From positions 1-18,935 of the forward strand of contig JABIGM010000040.1 of the NCBI GenBank assembly GCA_018650165.1: 18,935 nt of DNA, read 5' to 3'. Origin of the DNA: Methanobacteriota archaeon. GTDB lineage: Archaea; Thermoplasmatota; Poseidoniia; Poseidoniales; Poseidoniaceae. Made by a program: the position numbers and the translations under genes. How positions within the stretch are numbered: position 1 is the first letter of the stretch; each line of letters starts with the position of its first letter. This document shows, piece after piece, positions 17,965-18,935 of the stretch. Under the pieces are notes generated by a model. The model ran no database searches. It was not told the origin of the DNA and worked only from the letters and a program-made list of their open reading frames with translations.

Positions 17965-17984
17965 AAGTAAAAGTGAAAGTGAAA
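17965..17984 (-). terminator. U-rich archaeal terminator candidate
   Basis: Minus strand reads TTTCACTTTCACTTTTACTT immediately after the TGA of the small Cys4 gene. Confidence 0.45.
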
Positions 17985-18236
17985 TCAATACTGAGTGTTG
18001 TTGTCGTCTTTGTTATCTTTCTTCCAAGCCTTGTAACATCCTTTACAAACACGTACCCTATTCTTGCGAACAGTGAATCCACCTTCGCCCCAGGTTTCAA
18101 TAGCATTCTCTTGACTCAGTGAACGGCCACCCATGTGTTTGTCAGAAAATCCATCACAAGATGCGATCCCACAAGAAATTTCACCGGCCTTCTTCACAGA
18201 CTCTTTTTTGTTCTTCTTACGTGAATTAGAAGGCAT
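17985..18236 (-). CDS. Small basic putative zinc-binding protein (C-x4-C ... CxxC)
   Basis: ATG 18236 gives 83 aa: MPSNSRKKNKKE...SCGIASC...GRSLS...RVRVCKGCYKAWKK. The track start at 18338 overlaps the tfb gene. Confidence 0.7.
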   Translation of the reverse strand: MPSNSRKKNKKESVKKAGEISCGIASCDGFSDKHMGGRSLSQENAIETWGEGGFTVRKNRVRVCKGCYKAWKKDNKDDNNTQY

Positions 18237-18312
18237 TCGGACTTTGCGTTGTACACGGTTAGTGTGGCGGCTCATACAGTAAGGCATGAGTAACAGACAA
18301 ATGAATATATCT

Positions 18313-18935
18313 TCAGTTATGGCTACTTTCACCAGCACTCTTGAAAAGACCTTCGAAAAGGCGAAGCATCCCCCTAAGTGTTACTTCGGATATTTTAGCA
18401 ACTGCGCAAATCTCTGCCTGGGTACGCTTGTGTCCTGATTCAGAGGCGGCCTTGTAAATAAGGGCCGCTGCGACGCCATTTGGCCTCTTCCCTTGCCATA
18501 TCTGGTCATGTGGCTCTAGTACAGACCACAGATGGTCAACCTGCAATTGCGTGTTGGGGGGCAATTTCAGGTCGCTAATGTAACGACCAAAGTATTCTGA
18601 TGGCGAAGTTAGTTTGTGCAAGTTATAGTCACGTGCAATTTTTCGAATCATTCGTGACAATTCTTTTTCACCGACCTCGAATATCTCAGCGATATCCGAT
18701 ATTTGGCGTGGCACACCTTCGTTACGTGCTATCAAATATGTGCATGCTGCTGTCACTCCGGCGATAGAGCGGCCGGTCACGAAGCCCTTTTCTGAGAGTA
18801 GTTTGTAGAGACGGCATGCTTCTTCCTTCATTGGCTTAGGGAGTCCTGATTTATCACGGATGGTTTGATTGGCCTTGACCAAGTTACGCTTTCCGTTTTC
18901 ACGAGTCTTTGAACGCTCGTCGATTGTACGACGAC
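18313..18935 (-). CDS. tfb: Transcription initiation factor IIB (TFB) paralog, partial (5' end beyond the right edge)
   Basis: Frame is open to the window edge (RRTIDERSKTRENGKRNLVKA...). Two cyclin repeats: GRSIAGVTAACTY and GKRPNGVAAALIY...RTQAEI...SEVTLR. Confidence 0.88.
   Translation of the reverse strand, partial: RRTIDERSKTRENGKRNLVKANQTIRDKSGLPKPMKEEACRLYKLLSEKGFVTGRSIAGVTAACTYLIARNEGVPRQISDIAEIFEVGEKELSRMIRKIARDYNLHKLTSPSEYFGRYISDLKLPPNTQLQVDHLWSVLEPHDQIWQGKRPNGVAAALIYKAASESGHKRTQAEICAVAKISEVTLRGMLRLFEGLFKSAGESSHN

Noticed and set aside
18261-18290. CTCAT...ATGAG inverted repeat between tfb and the Cys4 gene
   Set aside because: Only a 5-bp perfect stem, expected by chance.
18237-18338. 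N-terminal extension of the small Cys4 protein
   Set aside because: Overlaps the tfb 3' end and looks intergenic; ATG 18236 is more plausible.
1-18935. CRISPR array, IS/transposase, integrase, defence or phage genes
   Set aside because: No spaced direct repeats, terminal inverted repeats or such ORFs seen; the window is almost fully tiled by housekeeping and envelope genes. The remaining short ORF-track entries overlap better-supported genes.

Overview
Gene-dense archaeal window with no mobile elements, CRISPR array or RNA genes detected. Marine Group II / Ca. Poseidoniales is inferred from the archaeal-type AspRS, LonB, TFB, L40e and FlaK/PibD-like peptidase, a bacterial-type MetK, and giant Ig-like surface proteins. 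Gene order: aspS (minus, runs off the left edge, absent from the ORF track), metK (+), ~1080-aa membrane-anchored Ig-repeat protein with GGNNT repeat and C-terminal Zn-ribbon tail (+), trmI (-), ~1135-aa membrane-anchored protein with CxxC thioredoxin/Omp28-like head, cadherin-like stalk and GLPxGWTxEQW tail (+), lonB-MFS-AI-2E (+), UPF0147 (-), A24 prepilin/preflagellin peptidase (+), rpl40e (-, absent from the ORF track), MBL-fold protein lacking metal ligands (+), small beta-propeller-like protein (-), small Cys4 protein (-), divergent TFB paralog (-, starts outside the right edge). Best leads: two large single-pass surface proteins with distinct conserved-looking cytoplasmic modules and opposite N-glycosylation sequon usage, a probable MBL pseudoenzyme, a bacterial-type SAM synthetase, GC-rich inverted repeats in intergenic gaps, and three convergent gene pairs joined by a zero-gap TA(A/G)TCA junction. 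Family calls rest on motifs recognised by eye; no database search was run.
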